Below are positions 52,401 to 61,231 of a DNA stretch of 64,000 nucleotides, piece by piece. Made by a program: the position numbers and the translations under genes. The notes under the pieces are model-generated. The model had not been told where the DNA came from, did no database searches, and saw nothing but the letters and a program-made list of their open reading frames with translations. Numbering within the stretch: position 1 is the stretch's first letter; the number at the start of each line of letters is the position of its first letter. The stretch is taken from positions 17,364 through 81,363 of the forward strand of contig JBCCEF010000020.1 of assembly GCA_039030395.1 (NCBI GenBank), in the 5' to 3' direction. The stretch is from Acidobacteriota bacterium. Lineage in GTDB: Bacteria; Acidobacteriota; Thermoanaerobaculia; Multivoradales; JBCCEF01.

Positions 52401-52719
52401 TCCGCTCCAACGGCAAGACCACACCCTCCTCGGAGACCTCCGGGGCGCCACTCGGAAAGCCCACCTCGATGGTGATCAGGTGGGGGGGAAACCCGGGGAA
52501 GGACTCTCGCGGAAGACCCTGGGCGCTGGCGAAGCCCAGCGCGATCACGAGGGCCATGAGCAGGTTTGCGGCCACCGGATTGCCCGTGAACCAGGCGATG
52601 GCACCTCGCGGTCCCACGGTTTTGGACCGGTCTTCTGAGGACATCGCTGACGCGGCCTTCTGCGTCGCGGAATCTTCTGTGGTGGAACGCCCTTCGTGGG
52701 CGCCGTCACGGTGCGACAT
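49465..52719 (-). CDS. RND efflux transporter, inner-membrane permease (AcrB/CzcA superfamily)
   Basis: The protein is ~1080 aa with the 12-TM RND architecture. The N-terminus is AIAWFTGNPVAANLLMALVIALG. Large periplasmic loops are present, and the two halves are duplicated. An alternative start lies near 52644. Confidence 0.9.
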   Translation of the reverse strand: MSHRDGAHEGRSTTEDSATQKAASAMSSEDRSKTVGPRGAIAWFTGNPVAANLLMALVIALGFASAQGLPRESFPGFPPHLITIEVGFPSGAPEVSEEGVVLPLERSLRGTPGIQRISSVARADGVTMTIEKASGVDLDLLLADVKARVDAVPNLPLRAERPILEKQRTDDRVIRAQVSGEVDHGVLERIAHDLWRDLLAHPDIDRVDRVGNLSPEVHVEVDDDSLAEYGLTLEDMATAIDRESLIDLSGRLRSPEGDLSLRAARRANWAGEVARLMVRTHADGSLLTVGDIATVSASYGDAPRRFMRFDGQPSIGLQVFKDAATSTDRVSQAVHEVIERWYESGRLPRGVDLDTWHDRSEQISSRIGLLRGNALVGMALVFAVLALTLDRRIAFWVAMGLPVAFGGAFLVMRGFGLSLNDLTTFGMIVALGIVVDDAVVVGESIHTYKLREGNSLASAVRGVHKVAVPTIFGVLTTVAAFSVLGLVKGDFGLVFTQFALVTAGCLLFSVVESKFVLPAHLAHLRLGDPPRSAPGRLFAALQRAVSRFFDRLGDGYRALLSRALRRRYLSLLIILLVTAGSLGLVAAGFVRSTFFPDIPGELVTATLTMEETAGHGLTARNLTHLERSLERVAQRLGREGGVENLLAAVQTHMTGDRSGEVLVELSAGKLGVTPKEVADAWRTETGALEGAKTIIFSAAFDAFPPISLEISAPDEASLRAAHLAIVDHLQATPGVQDLRDNLAPGRSELSLELTPQGRALGLRTAELSDQLQRAFLGYEVQRFQRGNEEVRVRVRYPATDRRDAQDLTQSRIRLPSGEAVPLSLVADAHHRPAPPEITRVDGQRVGILDAFVDRDRTSPEAAMVSLEEALLPDLRRRFPGLTIEQRGELAEIAETSASIAWTLLLALAAIFALIAIPLRSYSQPILIMAVIPFGVLGAIFGHWLHGLPMSILSFFGLLALSGIVVNDSLLLVATFNAKRRAGQKDLDAWLSAGSDRLRAICLTSVTTFAGLAPLILETSEHAQYLIPAAVSIAYGILAATAITLVVLPLSQMIFEDLRRALGGRRSGNPETKAGAQVGESLGVL

Positions 52720-53881
52720 TGGCGATCTCTTTCGTCACCGGCAGACCCGGCAGGTAGGACGCCATCGGGTGGGCAACCACGTCGAGGGTGTCTTTTTCCA
52801 TCGCCTCGGGCGCCGGCACCAGGATGCGCCCATCCGCTGCCGGTTGGGGATCGACCGCCGCCTTGGCCAGTAGCCCTGCGGTATCCACGAACCAGAGTTC
52901 GTTTTGGTCGGTGACCACATGGGCAGGCAGGTCGAGAACCCCGGGAAGCTCTCGCCCCAGAAGGAAGGCCCGCACGAACGTGCCCGGGTAGAGGGGAGGA
53001 TCCTGCTCGAGCGGATTGGAAACCGTGACCACGAGGGCCCGCTGGCGGGTTTCGGTGACCACGTGGCGCTCGATGCGACTCACCTGACCCCGCCAACGGC
53101 TCGGCTGTCGTCCGCCCGTTGTGAGGTCCACGGGCCAACGCTGCCCGATCAGCTCCGCCGCCGGCGGCAGGAGTGCCCAGTCGGCGGGCGTGAGAGGCAA
53201 ACGCAATTCTGCGCTATCCGAGCTGTCGAGCTCGATCAGTTCGGTCCCCGGCTGTACGTAGCTGCCCAACGGCGCCAATCGGCGCACCACCGCGGCGTCG
53301 AACGGGGCTCGGATCGCGGTGCGGGAGAGATTCCGTTCCGCTTCGAGCAATGCCGCCTCGGCGGCCTGCACTGCGAGCTCGGCCGAGCGTTTCTGGGGTA
53401 CCCGCAGCAGAAAGCGCGAGGGGTCTCCAGGCGCTTCGATACGCCGCCAGTCGGCTACCGCCTGGCGCGCCCGGAGATCCTCTTCCTCTACCAGCAGCCT
53501 TGCCTCTTCGAGGTCAGCCCGCGCGCTGGCCACCGCCTCGAGGTAGCGGGACTCATCGAGGGTCATCAACACATCGCCTTTGCCGACGCGGCGGCCTGAA
53601 TGCGCCCGCTCGGAGACCGAGACCAGGGTCCCCGCCACCTCGGCTGAGACCACCGTGCGGAAGCGAGCGTGGACCTCACCGCGGGCGTGGATCTCGGGAC
53701 GGGCCGAGGAACGGCGTGCGGGGAGCACGGTCACCGTCGGGGAGGAAAGAACCGGTGCGGCCGCGGAATCGGCGGCCGGACTGAGGGTCTCGCCGATGGC
53801 GGGGCGAGTCGCCACCAGCCGGAGCAGGATGACGACGGCGATGATCGCAAGGAGGACCAGGAGAACCATTGTCTTCCTCAT
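52706..53881 (-). CDS. RND efflux periplasmic adaptor (membrane fusion protein, HlyD/AcrA family)
   Basis: An N-terminal TM segment is followed by a coiled-coil hairpin (LEAVASARADLEEARLLVEEEDLRARQAVADW) and beta-barrel segments. It overlaps both neighbouring genes. Confidence 0.85.
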   Translation of the reverse strand: MRKTMVLLVLLAIIAVVILLRLVATRPAIGETLSPAADSAAAPVLSSPTVTVLPARRSSARPEIHARGEVHARFRTVVSAEVAGTLVSVSERAHSGRRVGKGDVLMTLDESRYLEAVASARADLEEARLLVEEEDLRARQAVADWRRIEAPGDPSRFLLRVPQKRSAELAVQAAEAALLEAERNLSRTAIRAPFDAAVVRRLAPLGSYVQPGTELIELDSSDSAELRLPLTPADWALLPPAAELIGQRWPVDLTTGGRQPSRWRGQVSRIERHVVTETRQRALVVTVSNPLEQDPPLYPGTFVRAFLLGRELPGVLDLPAHVVTDQNELWFVDTAGLLAKAAVDPQPAADGRILVPAPEAMEKDTLDVVAHPMASYLPGLPVTKEIANVAP

Positions 53882-55230
53882 TCGACGGCCTCCAGGCCGA
53901 GGGCCAGCCCGAGCTCGATGCGGTTGCGGAGCAGGTCGAAGCGAGCCTCGAGCAGTCGCAGCTCCGAATCAAAGGCCGTGCGTTGGGCGGCCAACAGGTC
54001 GAGGATGTCGGCGAGTCCGCGGACGAACTGGCCTTCGAAGCTGCTGCGACTCCGCTCGGCGTGCTCCATAGCGGTTTCGAGGTGGGGGATCCGGTGGGTG
54101 AGGGCGTACTCGGTGCCGAGGGCCTCCTCCACCTCCACCACCGCGGCCAGCAGGACGCCGCGATAGGCGATGACCGCCGCCTGCGCCCGCAACTGGGCCG
54201 CTTGGAACTCGGCGTTGAGAGCCCGCCGGTCGAGCAGGGGTGCCAGCAGGTTGCCGAGCACGGACCACACCGGATCGGATTTGAGGACATCGCCAGGCCG
54301 CGGAGCGCTCAGGTCGAGGCCGGCACCGAGGCGAAAGCTCGGCAGCAGGGTCTTTCGCGCCACCTGCACCGCCACGCCCTCTGCCTCCAGTCGGGCGAGG
54401 GCAGCGGCGACATCCGGGCGGGTCGACAAGACTTCGGCAGGCATGGGAGCCGGTGGCCGACCCACCTCGGGCAGCCGCTGCGGTAGCTGCCCAGGCTCCA
54501 GGCCGAGATCGCCGAGCAGCAGACTGAGGTCTCGATCTGCACTTCGAACGGCTTCCTCCAGCCGTTCGATCTCGGCCTCGGAAGCCGCCAGCTCGGATCG
54601 GGAGGCGTCCCAGTCCGTGACCGCGCCGAGACCGGAGCGGTAGCGCTCCCGCACCGCCTCGAGGGTGGATTCGAGCGAGGCGGCGCGGCGCCGCTCGACC
54701 TCGAGCTGACGGCTGCGCAGCACCCTCGAGAGGCCCGCTTGCAGGGTGCGCGCGGCCAGCGAATTGCGCGCTGATCGCAGATCCTCTTCGAGAGCTCGGT
54801 GCCGCATCTCGGCTTCGCTCACCTGGTTCGCCAGGCGGCCCCAGACGTCGACCTCCCAGCTCAGGGTGACGCCGAGGGCCGTGCTGGACGAAGCGGAGCG
54901 GGCGACGGCGCTGTTGCCTCGCGACTGAGACAAGGCGGTCTCGATCTCGGGAAGTCGACGGGACCGTGTCACGTCGAGGAGCACGCCGGACTCCCGCAGC
55001 CGAAGGCTGGTCTCGGTCAGGTCGGGGTTTCCTGCCAGGGCGCGCTGCACGAGAGCGCCGAGACGCGGAGCCTCCACCAGCCCTGCCAGGGAAGAGATCG
55101 TCTCGCCGGTTTCGGGAGGCTCGCGAGTCCAGGTATCTCGCAATTCCGATTCTGCGTCCAACGGCCGAAGCTCGACGGTGGAAACGCACCCCATGGTGAG
55201 CAGGGGCACGAAGAGGAGCCGCCACATCAA
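53878..55230 (-). CDS. outer-membrane efflux protein (TolC/OMF family)
   Basis: Two repeats of the OEP pattern are present (NPDL..., LDVTRSRRLPEI, LSWEVDVWGRL). There is a 4-nt overlap with the MFP gene. Confidence 0.85.
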   Translation of the reverse strand: MMWRLLFVPLLTMGCVSTVELRPLDAESELRDTWTREPPETGETISSLAGLVEAPRLGALVQRALAGNPDLTETSLRLRESGVLLDVTRSRRLPEIETALSQSRGNSAVARSASSSTALGVTLSWEVDVWGRLANQVSEAEMRHRALEEDLRSARNSLAARTLQAGLSRVLRSRQLEVERRRAASLESTLEAVRERYRSGLGAVTDWDASRSELAASEAEIERLEEAVRSADRDLSLLLGDLGLEPGQLPQRLPEVGRPPAPMPAEVLSTRPDVAAALARLEAEGVAVQVARKTLLPSFRLGAGLDLSAPRPGDVLKSDPVWSVLGNLLAPLLDRRALNAEFQAAQLRAQAAVIAYRGVLLAAVVEVEEALGTEYALTHRIPHLETAMEHAERSRSSFEGQFVRGLADILDLLAAQRTAFDSELRLLEARFDLLRNRIELGLALGLEAVE

Positions 55231-56102
55231 AACGACAACTTCAGTTGGAACTTGCCTCCCGCCGCGGGTTCCAAGTCGTGGGTGCTGAGCAGAATGCCCT
55301 CACTGTCGTGGATCTTCAACTCCCCTTCGAGGCCATAGGTCGGTCCGATCTCAAGAGATAAGCGGTCCCGGATTCGGACCTCGTAGGTCAGTCCGACGTC
55401 GAACTGAATGAACTCGGAATACCCCGCGGAAACCACTGGGCTGTCATCTGCTAAGCGCGTTACGAAGGTCGTGGCGCCCACCCCGAGACCGAGAGAGGAA
55501 CGAGGCGAGAAACGGTAGCGCAGACTGGTTTCAGGAATGCCCAGGCTGGCGGTGAAGCCTTTCTCTGCCTGGCCCCGGTAGGTGAGGCCGATGGCGGGAA
55601 AGGCCTCGAACTCCACATCGACCGCCGAATGCCAGGAATAGCCGACGCCGAACAGAAAACTCCACTCCGAGGAACGGTTCCAGATCACCGCCGCAAGGGC
55701 GTCGGCGAAATGGGAGTCGGTCGACTCCTCCTCGAAGCCGAGACCGGCACCTACGGACGTCAGCAAGAAAAACCGGTCGTTGATCGGTCGAGTGGAGGTG
55801 TGCCGCAAACTGACTCTTTTCATCTGCTCCCAGGGCACCGGAGCGCCGTTCGCGAAACTGAGGTCTTCCGCCTCGCTCCAGGTGAAGTCGTGGACCGAGG
55901 CCGAGAGGGTGAAGTCGAAGAAGCCTAGGGAAACCTCGGCGGACTGAAGATCCACAGTGGCGAGGCTGTCGGTGAATTCGAGGTCGGCAAACGAGGTCAG
56001 GTTGAGATCAAAAGAGGCGCTGGGCTTGTCGGCGTGCACCGAGCCGGCGCAGAGGATGGACATGGCGAAGACGACAGGGGTGAGGTGTTTAATGTTTTTC
56101 AT
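55227..56102 (-). CDS. putative outer-membrane beta-barrel protein, first gene of the efflux operon
   Basis: A signal peptide is present (MKNIKHLTPVVFAMSILCAGSVHA). The sequence has alternating amphipathic strands and a C-terminal ...FQLKLSF ending in Phe, which is an OMP beta-signal. Confidence 0.55.
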   Translation of the reverse strand: MKNIKHLTPVVFAMSILCAGSVHADKPSASFDLNLTSFADLEFTDSLATVDLQSAEVSLGFFDFTLSASVHDFTWSEAEDLSFANGAPVPWEQMKRVSLRHTSTRPINDRFFLLTSVGAGLGFEEESTDSHFADALAAVIWNRSSEWSFLFGVGYSWHSAVDVEFEAFPAIGLTYRGQAEKGFTASLGIPETSLRYRFSPRSSLGLGVGATTFVTRLADDSPVVSAGYSEFIQFDVGLTYEVRIRDRLSLEIGPTYGLEGELKIHDSEGILLSTHDLEPAAGGKFQLKLSF

Positions 56103-56207
56103 GCCGACAGGCTAGGGGCGGAACCTTGCTTCCACCTTGTGGCGATGTTGCGATTTGGCAAGAAAGGTCTAGAAATCGCGCGCCGAGGGTCGACCGTCGG
56201 CCACGAC

Positions 56208-57542
56208 TCAGGCTGGGAAGCGGACTTCCACGCGTGTACCGCCCGCATCCGGGCGCAAAACGCGCACTTCGCCGCCGTGGGCGGAGACCGCTGACTTCAC
56301 GTAGGAGAGTCCCAAACCGTGGCCCGACCTCTGGCGAGAGGAATCGGCGCGGAAGAAGCGTTCGAAAATGCGAGGGATGTCCGCTTCGGAAATGCCGGGC
56401 CCCGAGTCCTCCACGAACAAGACCACGGCTTTGGCGTTGTGCTCCGAGCCGAGGCGAATGGAACCGCCGTGGGGCGTGAACTTCACGGCGTTGTCGAGTA
56501 GGTTGGCCAGCGTTCGCTGCAGCATGGTGCGCTCCGCCTCGATCCACGGGGTTTCGGTGGCGGTGAGTTGGAGAGAGAGATCCTTGGCCTCCGCCGCCTC
56601 GGAGTACAGCTCCATGATCTCGCGCATCAGCGCTCGCGGATCCACAGGCTCCCTGACCAACTGATCGGTGCCGGAGTCGAGCCGGACGATTTCGAGCATG
56701 GTCTCTACGACGGCCTCGAGCCGGGTTGTTTCTTGGATCGCCCGCTCCGCCAGGCCGTGGAGGACCTCCGGCGAAGGCTCGCCGCGCAGTGCGACTTCGG
56801 CGGCTCCGCGAATCCGAGTCAGCGGGCTACGCAGGTCGTGGGCCACGTTCACCGTCACGAACTTGAGGTCGGTGATCAGCACATCGATCTTGTCGAGCAT
56901 CCGGTTGATGGTGCCGGTGAGCTCCTGGACCTCCACCACGTGCTGGCGTTCCGGTACGCGCGCCTTGAGGGAACCGTCCAGGATCTCCTCGGCGGTGCGG
57001 GTGACCTGTTTGACGCCAGCCATTGCGCTTCGCACCATCCACCAACTGAGACCGGCGGCGACAACGGCCAGCGACAGGAGCCCCCAGCGCCAATGGTGGG
57101 CGAGCTGCTCGAAGAGGTCGCTGTTCTCATCGAGCAACACACCAGCTTGGATTAGCGCACCGTCCTCGAATCGGCGGCTGACGACACGCAGGGTGGTGCC
57201 CGGGGCGATCTCGATGGTGTCGACCCGTCGTTGGCCCGGCACCAGGGCCCACCCCAAGGCTTCGGCGCGCGCCAGATCGCGGCCTTCCTGGACCACGAGG
57301 GTGCCCTGGGGTGCGAAGAGACGAAAGTAGAATTTGTCGGCGCTAAAATCGCCGCTGCCGTAGGTCTCGAGCGCCTGTTGATAGGTGGCGTCTGCCTCCA
57401 CCATCTGCTCCATAATCTGCTGAATTCCCTGCTCGAGACTTCTCCGCATCGCGAGACCCATGACGTGAAAGACGAGCACGTGGAGAGCCACGGTGAGTCC
57501 GATGTACGCGATGACGAGACGTCCTTGGAGGGTGCGGATCAT
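56208..57542 (-). CDS. sensor histidine kinase (HAMP-HisKA-HATPase_c)
   Basis: It carries FVTVNVAHDLRSPLT (H-box), LLDNAVKFTP (N-box), DSGPGI and GHGLGLSYV (G-boxes). Two TM segments flank a periplasmic domain. Confidence 0.9.
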   Translation of the reverse strand: MIRTLQGRLVIAYIGLTVALHVLVFHVMGLAMRRSLEQGIQQIMEQMVEADATYQQALETYGSGDFSADKFYFRLFAPQGTLVVQEGRDLARAEALGWALVPGQRRVDTIEIAPGTTLRVVSRRFEDGALIQAGVLLDENSDLFEQLAHHWRWGLLSLAVVAAGLSWWMVRSAMAGVKQVTRTAEEILDGSLKARVPERQHVVEVQELTGTINRMLDKIDVLITDLKFVTVNVAHDLRSPLTRIRGAAEVALRGEPSPEVLHGLAERAIQETTRLEAVVETMLEIVRLDSGTDQLVREPVDPRALMREIMELYSEAAEAKDLSLQLTATETPWIEAERTMLQRTLANLLDNAVKFTPHGGSIRLGSEHNAKAVVLFVEDSGPGISEADIPRIFERFFRADSSRQRSGHGLGLSYVKSAVSAHGGEVRVLRPDAGGTRVEVRFPA

Positions 57543-58268
57543 TTAGCTCGACGCTTCATGATCGGGCCCTGGACCGTCCCCGGCCTCGAATCGATAGCCC
57601 AAGCCGCGCACGGTGCGGATCAGCTCCCGGGGGGTATGGACCGCCAACTTCGAGCGCAGCCTCGAGATCTTCGCTTCCACCACATTGGTCTGAGGATCGA
57701 AGTCATAGCCCCAAACGTGGTCGAGGATCATCGTCTTGGACACGACCCGGCCTCGGTTTCGCATCAGGTAGCCGATCAGCCTGAATTCTGCTGGCTGCAG
57801 GTCGACCTGTTCGCTACCCACGAAGAGCAGGTGTCGTTCTTTGTCCAACGTCACCTCGCCCACGTGAAGCAGCGGGGATGTGTCGAGACGGTTCGACCGC
57901 CGGACCAGCGCCTCGATGCGGGCGATCAGCTCAGCGAAGGCAAAGGGCTTGGTCAGGTAGTCGTCGCCACCGGCCCGGAGGCCTCGCACGCGGTCGTCCA
58001 ACTCGCCCTTGGCGCTGAGCACCAGGACCGGGGTCTCGATGTTCTCCCGACGCAGCCGCTGCACTACCGACAGGCCATCCGTGCTCGGCAGCATGATGTC
58101 CATGACAATCAAGTCGAAGGTGGCATCCCGAGCCGCCCAATACCCGAGATCACCATCCGTGGCGGTATCGACCGTGAAGCCTTCCTGCTGTAGACCCCGA
58201 CTGATGAACTCCCGAGTCGCTTCGTCGTCTTCAACCACCAGCACGCGCAGCACAGGCACTCTCCTCAT
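57543..58268 (-). CDS. OmpR-family response regulator
   Basis: It carries VLVVEDD, DLIVMDIMLP and a winged-helix output domain (EFRLIGYLMRNRGRVVSKTMILDHVWGYDFDPQTNVVEAKISRLRSKL). The start is taken at ATG 58268. Confidence 0.9.
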   Translation of the reverse strand: MRRVPVLRVLVVEDDEATREFISRGLQQEGFTVDTATDGDLGYWAARDATFDLIVMDIMLPSTDGLSVVQRLRRENIETPVLVLSAKGELDDRVRGLRAGGDDYLTKPFAFAELIARIEALVRRSNRLDTSPLLHVGEVTLDKERHLLFVGSEQVDLQPAEFRLIGYLMRNRGRVVSKTMILDHVWGYDFDPQTNVVEAKISRLRSKLAVHTPRELIRTVRGLGYRFEAGDGPGPDHEASS

Positions 58269-58407
58269 TGGGTCTCGGGGGGACGGGCTGCGGTCGGGAG
58301 TCACGGCCTCAGCCTTCACGGCCTCAGCCGCAGCAGCTAGGAGCAGTGTAAGTCCATTACTTTGCCCTTACCTTGTTGGAAGGTTACCAATTGGCAAGCT
58401 GGGCCGG

Positions 58408-59181
58408 TCATAGGTTGGTGGTTCTTCGCTGCGGCGGGCCCGCGGATGTGTCGTCTTCGGATCTGTCTGCCTGCGCTGACGATTCGGTACTGGCTCGGCT
58501 CGGGACCGACAGGGACACCAAGCGCCCGATCAGAACCGCTAGGAATAGCTGGCCGACCACCGCCTCGACCACCACCAGCATCTGCGCGAACTCACTCTCG
58601 GGTGTGATGTCGCCATACCCGAGGGTGGTCAGCGTGACGAAGCTGAAGTACATCGCGTGGTGAAGATCCTCGCCGAACCCTTCTGGGCCAAGGCCCCGGA
58701 AGGAGCCCGGCGCCAGTGCCTCGACGAAGCCGTAGATCAGCGCAAAGATAAAGCCCACCACAAGGTAGACGGCGACCGCACCTCGCAGCCGATGTGCGTT
58801 GACATCTCCTGGCCGGAAGACCTCGCGCAAGAGCTGCCAGCAGACAAAAGCCATGAAGAGGATCGAGACCGCCAGGTTGGCGAGGTCCAAGGCCTTGGCG
58901 CCCGGAAGATCTTCGAGCCATGAAAGGGCGATCGAGAGGCAGGCCAGGGCGATCGCGAAACGCCGCCAGCCAACCGACAAGCCGCCGATCAACGCGCCGG
59001 CCATGAACACCAGCGAGAAAGCGAAGGAAATGAAAGCACCGGTTCTGCCCGACAGTTCGACAACGGGAAGGATGACGAACGCCAGCAAGCACAAGGCAAC
59101 GAGGAATACCGTCAGGCTGGCGTCCTGATAGGTCTCCAGGCGCCGCTCGAAGCGATGAATCAGCGATTGGTCGGGTTTCAT
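58408..59181 (-). CDS. potassium channel family protein (pore-loop cation channel)
   Basis: The selectivity filter TLTTLGYGDITP is preceded and followed by TM helices. Confidence 0.85.
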   Translation of the reverse strand: MKPDQSLIHRFERRLETYQDASLTVFLVALCLLAFVILPVVELSGRTGAFISFAFSLVFMAGALIGGLSVGWRRFAIALACLSIALSWLEDLPGAKALDLANLAVSILFMAFVCWQLLREVFRPGDVNAHRLRGAVAVYLVVGFIFALIYGFVEALAPGSFRGLGPEGFGEDLHHAMYFSFVTLTTLGYGDITPESEFAQMLVVVEAVVGQLFLAVLIGRLVSLSVPSRASTESSAQADRSEDDTSAGPPQRRTTNL

Positions 59182-59232
59182 GGATCCCCCTTGGCTCAAG
59201 CGAAGTCGAACCGCGCCCAACCCCCCGAGACG

Positions 59233-60258
59233 CTAGTCCCCCATCAGCAGGTCGCCCAGCGGGCCGAGGGCCGAACCCTCGCCTTTGCCCCGCTTGCCGA
59301 GGCCCGGTGCGGCGGAGAGAACTCGCCCGGCCAGGCGGCTGAAGGGCAGCGACTGGAGCCAGACGTTGCCGGGGCCGGTGAGAGTGGCGTAGAACAAGCC
59401 TTCCCCGCCGAAAATCGCCGTCTTGATTCCCCTCACCATCTGGATGTCGTAGTTGACGGTCTGTTCGAAGGCCACCAGGCAGCCCGTGTCCACCCGCAGC
59501 GTCTCGCCGGCGGCGAGCTGCCGACCGAGGATCGCGCCGCCGGCGTGAACGAAGGCCAGGCCCTGGCCTTCCAGCTTCTGGAGAATGAAGCCTTCGCCAC
59601 CGAACAGGCCAGCGCCGAGCTTGCGGTTGAGCGCGATACCGACGGAGATACCCTTGGCGGCGCACAGGAAGGCATCCTTCTGGCAGAGGATGGTGCCGCC
59701 GTGCTGGCGCAGGTCGAGGGGTACGATGCTGCCCGGATAGGGTGAGGCGAAGGCGACCTTCTTGCGCCCCTGCTGGACGTTGGCGAACACCGTCATGAAC
59801 AGGGACTCACCGGTCAACACCCGCTTGCCGGCCCCCATCAGCTTGCCCATCAGGCCGCCGCTGTCGCTCGCTGCGGAGCCGTCACCAAAGATGGTTTCCA
59901 TCTCGATGCCGGCGTCCATGTACATGAAGGCGCCGGCTTCGGCGATGCACGCTTCCTGCGGGTCGAGGGTGATCTCGACGTACTGCATCTCCTCGCCCAT
60001 GATCTCGTAGTCGATCTCGTGGGCGCCCCCGGCGGCGGCCGGCGGCGGGGCGGGCGGCGTGACGGCCGTCGGCGCGCCGCCAAAGGCGGTGGCGAACTCT
60101 GGCCGTGTATCGATCCCTACCCAGTTCGCCATCCCCTGGGTGAAGACGTGGGCGGAACGATCGAAATGGCCCTGCCGGATGCCTTCAATGACCTGCTCCG
60201 CACTCATCGGACCTTGCTGTTGTCCCGCTACCGACACGTACCAAACCGCTTCGCTCAT
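59233..60258 (-). CDS. GYF_2 (DUF4339) domain fused to an AIM24/TIGR00266 (DUF124) family domain
   Basis: The N-terminus is [27 protein letters not shown]...ANWVGI. A Pro/Ala linker follows. The remainder is [25 protein letters not shown]...[13 protein letters not shown], which is typical of AIM24. Confidence 0.75.
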   Translation of the reverse strand: MSEAVWYVSVAGQQQGPMSAEQVIEGIRQGHFDRSAHVFTQGMANWVGIDTRPEFATAFGGAPTAVTPPAPPPAAAGGAHEIDYEIMGEEMQYVEITLDPQEACIAEAGAFMYMDAGIEMETIFGDGSAASDSGGLMGKLMGAGKRVLTGESLFMTVFANVQQGRKKVAFASPYPGSIVPLDLRQHGGTILCQKDAFLCAAKGISVGIALNRKLGAGLFGGEGFILQKLEGQGLAFVHAGGAILGRQLAAGETLRVDTGCLVAFEQTVNYDIQMVRGIKTAIFGGEGLFYATLTGPGNVWLQSLPFSRLAGRVLSAAPGLGKRGKGEGSALGPLGDLLMGD

Positions 60259-60334
60259 CGCATGCTCCTCGTTGATTGGATTCTGTGGATTCGGATGACT
60301 GAAAGATTCGCCGACCGCTCTCTGGAGGGGTCCT

Positions 60335-61231
60335 CTACCGCTCTACGAAGCGCACCTCGAAAAGCTTCGGCCAGTGTTTGCCGGTGAGGAAGAAGCGGTC
60401 CGAACCGGGCCGGTGGGCGATGCCGTTGAGCACTTCGGCGTGCGCCCGTTCGGAGGCGGAGAGCAGGCCCGCGGCGTCGATCACCCGCCGGACGCGACCG
60501 CTCGCCGGATCGATCGCCACCAGAATCTCCCTGCCGTAGACGTTGGCGTAGACCTCGCCCTCCACGCACTCCAGCTCGTTCAGGTTGCCGACGGGCGCGC
60601 CGTGAAGGGTGACCGCCACGGTGCCGAGGAGATCGAAGGTCGCCGGATCGCGAAAGCTCAACAGATCGGAACCGTCGCTCATCACCAGACGCTCACCGTC
60701 GAAACACAGGCCCCAACCTTCGCCGCGATAGCGCAGCGGCTCCAGCGCCTCGAAGTTGCCCGCATCGTAGACCAGGGCCAGGCCGGCCTGCCAGGTGAGC
60801 TGGATCAACCGCTCCCCCACCCTCGTCACACCCTCGGCGAAGAGGTCCGGGTCCACCACCACCTCTCGGCGAATCTCGCCGGTTTCGAGGTCTACGCGGC
60901 GCAGGCGCGATTTGCCGTATTGGCCTGTCGACTCGAGGAGGGCACCGTCGTGCCATTCGAGGCCTTGGGTGTAGGCCGTCGGATCGTGCGGAAAGGCGCG
61001 CAGCACTTCGACGGTGTACTCCTTGACCGCCGGACGGCCCATCGCAGGTTCGGCACCGGCGGATTCCCCGGCGGAGAGAGCCGGCACCGAGGAACCTACC
61101 GGGCCTGAGGTCGAGGGACCGCCGGCCACCTCACCGCAGGCCGCCAACGCCAACATCAAGAGGCCCGCGGCGAGGTGTCCAGGGAGTGGACTAGGTCGCA
61201 CGACCCTTCGAACCGCCGGCAAGCCGGGCAA
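60335..61231 (-). CDS. glutaminyl-peptide cyclotransferase (beta-propeller, plant/bacterial type), lipoprotein
   Basis: A lipobox is present (LLMLALAAC). It carries [27 protein letters not shown] and [13 protein letters not shown]. The start is uncertain because it overlaps the end of the OPT gene. Confidence 0.8.
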   Translation of the reverse strand: MPGLPAVRRVVRPSPLPGHLAAGLLMLALAACGEVAGGPSTSGPVGSSVPALSAGESAGAEPAMGRPAVKEYTVEVLRAFPHDPTAYTQGLEWHDGALLESTGQYGKSRLRRVDLETGEIRREVVVDPDLFAEGVTRVGERLIQLTWQAGLALVYDAGNFEALEPLRYRGEGWGLCFDGERLVMSDGSDLLSFRDPATFDLLGTVAVTLHGAPVGNLNELECVEGEVYANVYGREILVAIDPASGRVRRVIDAAGLLSASERAHAEVLNGIAHRPGSDRFFLTGKHWPKLFEVRFVER

